NCBI GenBank assembly: GCA_963732285.1
Contig: CAVSYT010000006.1
Span: 46,610 to 110,609, forward strand
Direction: 5' to 3'
Length of the DNA: 64,000 nt
DNA from: an uncultured Methanomicrobiales archaeon
GTDB taxonomy: Archaea; Halobacteriota; Methanomicrobia; Methanomicrobiales; Methanospirillaceae
The notes beneath the pieces were generated by a model, which did no database searches, was not told the origin of the DNA, and saw only the letters and a list, made by a program, of their open reading frames with translations. This document shows, piece after piece, positions 57,928 to 64,000 of this stretch. Made by a program: the position numbers and the translations under genes. Every line of letters begins with the position of its first letter. The first letter of the stretch is position 1.

Positions 57928-58240
57928 GGCATACAGGTTGCAGTAAAGACCAGATAAAGGCTTGTTTTTTCAATTCTGGACTAAATCTGGCTTGTCCTCT
58001 CAACAAGTAAAGTTGATTTGGAATAACGCAGAATTTTTTGCTTTGTAATTATTGCCCGAATCATGTCCGGGTCGCAGAGATCAAAGGAATGCCCTCGAAA
58101 TGAAATGGCGAATTCCTGATCGGTCTGCCTTTGCATTTTCTATCCCTGTTTTGAAACGAAGGAGATATGGCCAAACATCTATTTTATATATATTGAGACG
58201 CTAACTTATGGTAAACCTTAATGGATTGAGGTGTTTTACG

Positions 58241-60629
<2,389 letters not shown>

Positions 60630-60663
60630 TCAAAGATAAGAAAGCAAAAATGGAGGATTTCAC

Positions 60664-61105
60664 ATGAACGATGATGTTCAGGAACTATTCCGGGAGATGG
60701 ACGCACTTGCGGACCATCTCTTTGCCGGTATGGCCCGGGACTTTGGTTCTGCTATAGTAGTGCCCCATAGTTACCGTGCTATCGCTCCAGACTATTACCA
60801 TCAGCCTGAACCGCGGGAGCAACCCGACAGCTATCCCCTCGCTTCCCGTATCAGAACCCCTGTCAGAAGTGCACCGGATTGAAAATGAAGTGATGGTTAT
60901 TGCCGATGTGCCCGGTGCAACCCGGGAGTCCGTCCATGTCGCGGTCATCGGAAATGAACTCATTATGGATGCAAAAAGTGTAGATCGTCAGTATCATACG
61001 ATTGTTGCGCTCCCGCCAGTCGATCCGGACTCCATGCAGACCTCGCTCAAGAACGGGGTTCTGGAAGTGACGTTCAGGTTATCCGGATCGTCAGGAATTG
61101 CGTGA
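60664..61105 (+). CDS. Hsp20-like small heat shock protein (frameshift near 60845)
   Basis: VIADVPG...LKNGVLEV; GGAGG RBS; follows cdc48. Confidence 0.8.
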
Positions 61106-61143
61106 TTGCCGGGAAACAAAAAAATCTTTTTTTTTCGAGAATT

Positions 61144-61457
61144 GGCTTTGTTGATGTGAGCTTTAACGAGTGTTCACAGCCGAATCAGGAAATCAATGAT
61201 ATTTCGATATTTCCCTGCCTCATGACCTCTCTGATGTACGGCTGTGAAAAGTGATTTCAAAATTAATTATTCCTTAAAACTGTTGCGGGGACGCCCGTCA
61301 GGGGCGATGGTTTTAGGGATTGTAAAAACAAAAACCTCCATGCCCCGCGGAGCCTCGTAGATGCCCTGACGCGGGGAGCCTCCCCAGATATGAAATTTTA
61401 ATGATTTTCATAATTCAGGTGTGCACCCGAACGGTTCATGCCTGTTTCAACAGCAAA
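61144..61457. mobile_element. Composite MITE E11: A1 and A2 arms joined head-to-head at the GC hairpin (degenerate)
   Basis: GGCTTTGTTGA ... GGTTCATGCCTGTTTCAACAG; right half is the reverse complement of the E3/E7 left arm. Confidence 0.75.
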
Positions 61458-61472
61458 AACAAAAAAGGGATT

Positions 61473-63818
61473 CTATTCTTTCCTTCGGACAAATAAAAGC
61501 ATCACGCCAATACACCCGGCGAGAATGACAACCGGTACCATGGGTGTAGGGAACTCAGGTACAGGATTGCAGCTGCCATTGGATGCGAGGTTGAAGTCCG
61601 CCGTTGCCATTACTGCACCTGGCGAAACGGATACCGTCAGCATGTCGGGTATTGTGTAGCACTTCATCTTCACGACAATATCATATTTCCCGGATTCCAT
61701 TGCAAAGGTAAACGGCGTTACTTTCCCGGTATCCTTACCATCGATCCAGATTGCGGCACCGGCTGGTGTCGAAGTGACAGCAATTGAATCGTCCTGTGAG
61801 ACCGGGACAAGCGTGAACTGAGCGGTTTTGCCTGAACCGGCTATCACGATTACTTCCTGTTCTGCACATTCGTAACCTGCTAAAGTGACCTTCACGGTAT
61901 GACTTCCGGGGTTCACATCGGATAGCGTAAAGGGCGTCACCCGTCCGGTGCCAATGCCATCAATGTAAATTTCAGCTCCTCCCGGATCGGATGTCACGGA
62001 AATGCTGCCGGTAGTTGGGACTTTAATAAATTTCTGGATCCGTGAATTTCCAGAATCCGCGACATAGACATTGCCGATACTATCAACGGCTACTCCGGTA
62101 GGCATATCAAACTCTCCGTTGCCTGACCCTGGAGAACCCCATTGTGTGAGATAGGTTCCCCCTGAATCAAATTTCTGGATCCGATGATTTCCGGTTTCGG
62201 TGACGTAGACATTGCCTGAACTATCAACGGCTACTCCAAAAGGCATGTCAAACTCTCCGTTGCCTGAACCCGGAGAACCCCATTGTGCCAGATAGGTTCC
62301 CCCGGAGTCAAATTTCTGGATCCGTGAATTTCCATAATCCGCGATGTAGACGTTGCCGGAATTATCGACCGCTACTCCGGCAGGCTGACTAAATTGTCCG
62401 TTGCCTGACCCTGGAGAACCCCATTGTGTGAGATAGGTTGCCCCGGAGTCAAATTTCTGGATCCGTGAATTTATGACATCCGTTACGTAAACGTTGCCAA
62501 AACTATCGATGGCTATTCCAAAAGGCATGTTAAACTCTCCGGCGCCCGATCCCGGAGAACCCCATTGTGTGAGATAGGTTCCCCCTGAATCAAATTTCTG
62601 TATCCGGTTATTTGTAATATCTGACGTGTAGACGTTGCCGAGATTATCAGAGGCCACTCCAATAAGGTAATTGAATTGTCCGGCCCCCGAACCCTGAGAA
62701 CCCCAATGCGTTACATAGGTTCCCCCGGAGTCAAATTTCTGGATCTGGATATTGTAAGTATCTGCGACGTAGACGTTGCCGTTACTATCAGCGGTTACCC
62801 CATAAGGTGTATTAAGCGGTCCGCCGCCCGGAATTTCAGAACCATCCCATTGCGTCAGATAGGTTCCCCCGTTGTCAAATTTCTGGATCCGGCTATTGAA
62901 AGTATCCGCGACATAGACCTTTCCGAGACTATCAACAGCGACCCCATAAGGCAGGTTAAACTCTCCGTTACCCGAACCCTCCGTACCCCATTGCGTCAGA
63001 TAGGTTCCATCGGAATTAAATTTCTGGATACGTCCACCGCCGGACATGAAGCCACTATCTTTATCCAAGACATAGACATTGCCGAGACTATCAGCAGCTA
63101 TTCCAAAAGGCACATTAAATTGCCCGTTGCCCGAACCGTCAGAACCCCATTGCATCACATATGTTCCCCCGGAATCAAATTTCTGGATCCGATGATTTCC
63201 GGTATCGGTGATGTAGACATTATCTGAACTATCAACGGCTACTCCAACAGGCCCGATAAACTGCCCGTTGCCCGAACCCTGATAACCCCATTGTGTCAGA
63301 TAGGTTCCCACGGAGTCAAATTTCTGGATCCTGTGGTTGAAAGAATCCGCGATATAGACATTGCCCGGACTATCGACGGCTATTCCATAAGGTTGGTTGA
63401 ACTCCCCCTCGCCCGAACCCTGAGAACCCCATTGCGTTACATAGGTTCCCCCGGAGTCAAATTTCTGGATCCGGGAATTTCCAGCATCCAGGACGTAGAT
63501 GTTTCCCAGACTATCAACGGCTACTCCAACAGGCTGATTAAATTGTCCGTTGCCCGAACCCTGAGAACCCCAATGCGCCAGATAGGTTCCCTCGGAGTTA
63601 AATTTCTGGATCTGTGAATTTCCAATATCCGCTACATAGATGTTGCCGAGACTATCAACAGCTACTCCAAAAGGTGTTTTAAGTGGTTCTCCGACCAGAA
63701 TTACAGAACCATCCCATTGTGTCACATACTTATACGTTTCCGCTGCCAGTGCGCCCTGGACAAGAATGAGAATAATAAGGAGCGCGGCAACACCCATCAA
63801 TACGCGTTTCGGTTTCAT
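61473..63818 (-). CDS. Surface protein: 12 NHL repeats, two PEGA domains, PEF-CTERM
   Basis: Signal peptide; repeats PxGVAVDSxGNVYVxDxxNxRIQKF; SVTSDPGGAEIYIDG; VPEFPT + TM + RRKE. Confidence 0.9.
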   Translation of the reverse strand: MKPKRVLMGVAALLIILILVQGALAAETYKYVTQWDGSVILVGEPLKTPFGVAVDSLGNIYVADIGNSQIQKFNSEGTYLAHWGSQGSGNGQFNQPVGVAVDSLGNIYVLDAGNSRIQKFDSGGTYVTQWGSQGSGEGEFNQPYGIAVDSPGNVYIADSFNHRIQKFDSVGTYLTQWGYQGSGNGQFIGPVGVAVDSSDNVYITDTGNHRIQKFDSGGTYVMQWGSDGSGNGQFNVPFGIAADSLGNVYVLDKDSGFMSGGGRIQKFNSDGTYLTQWGTEGSGNGEFNLPYGVAVDSLGKVYVADTFNSRIQKFDNGGTYLTQWDGSEIPGGGPLNTPYGVTADSNGNVYVADTYNIQIQKFDSGGTYVTHWGSQGSGAGQFNYLIGVASDNLGNVYTSDITNNRIQKFDSGGTYLTQWGSPGSGAGEFNMPFGIAIDSFGNVYVTDVINSRIQKFDSGATYLTQWGSPGSGNGQFSQPAGVAVDNSGNVYIADYGNSRIQKFDSGGTYLAQWGSPGSGNGEFDMPFGVAVDSSGNVYVTETGNHRIQKFDSGGTYLTQWGSPGSGNGEFDMPTGVAVDSIGNVYVADSGNSRIQKFIKVPTTGSISVTSDPGGAEIYIDGIGTGRVTPFTLSDVNPGSHTVKVTLAGYECAEQEVIVIAGSGKTAQFTLVPVSQDDSIAVTSTPAGAAIWIDGKDTGKVTPFTFAMESGKYDIVVKMKCYTIPDMLTVSVSPGAVMATADFNLASNGSCNPVPEFPTPMVPVVILAGCIGVMLLFVRRKE
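62025..63730 (-). repeat. Coding tandem repeat of about 141 bp (NHL blades)
   Basis: AAATTTCTGGATCC and CCCCATTG recur with ~141-bp period. Confidence 0.9.
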
Positions 63819-64000
63819 GATATGCTCCTCCATTCACCTCGCAACATGAGGTATGGGGGAAATTTTTGAAGAATTTCAGTTTAATACCATGAAACGAAGC
63901 CAGCGGGATGAATCTGAAATGAAACTTGTATAAAAAACAGTTAAATATATGCAAGGCATCGTTGCAAGGCACCGTATCAAAAACCCCCATAAAAAACGGG

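Noticed and set aside
57928-58240. TPP riboswitch upstream of thiC
   Set aside because: No recognisable TPP aptamer core motifs on the coding strand
61473-63818. Diversity-generating retroelement acting on the NHL gene
   Set aside because: No reverse transcriptase or template repeat in the window; differences are not adenine-restricted

Overview
Archaeal DNA whose gene content and signalling-protein style fit a Methanomicrobiales methanogen (Methanoregula-like; inference). 0-25 kb: adenine deaminase, several REC/GAF/PAS/CHASE4 histidine kinases, a GH57 amylase + GT4 pair, MCP, two CheW and CheR. 26-49 kb: a glycogen/sugar-phosphate cluster (HPrK/PEPCK-like P-loop protein, two tandem PPDK, glgP, ADP-dependent kinase, second GH57+GT4 pair, prk-pfkA-cupin pgi, DUF3536-type GH57). 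50-64 kb: housekeeping genes (RecJ-like, rnz, thiC, cdc48, Hsp20) and an NHL/PEGA PEF-CTERM surface protein. Many genes are split by single-base frameshifts, most likely assembly errors. The most notable signal is intergenic: 11 related composite elements (about 9% of the window). They resolve into (i) a ~147-bp MITE with GGCTCTGTTGAAA terminal inverted repeats (TIRs) and 8-bp target duplications (TSDs), (ii) an IS110-family element inserted exactly at the GAAA/TTTC core inside that TIR, with the empty site visible in another copy, (iii) a structured non-coding region of this IS110 whose two stem-loops carry target-like and donor-like 8-mers (candidate bridge RNA), and (iv) many 220-235-bp non-coding units that share the IS110 ends, sit at the same core and have combinatorially swapped arms.
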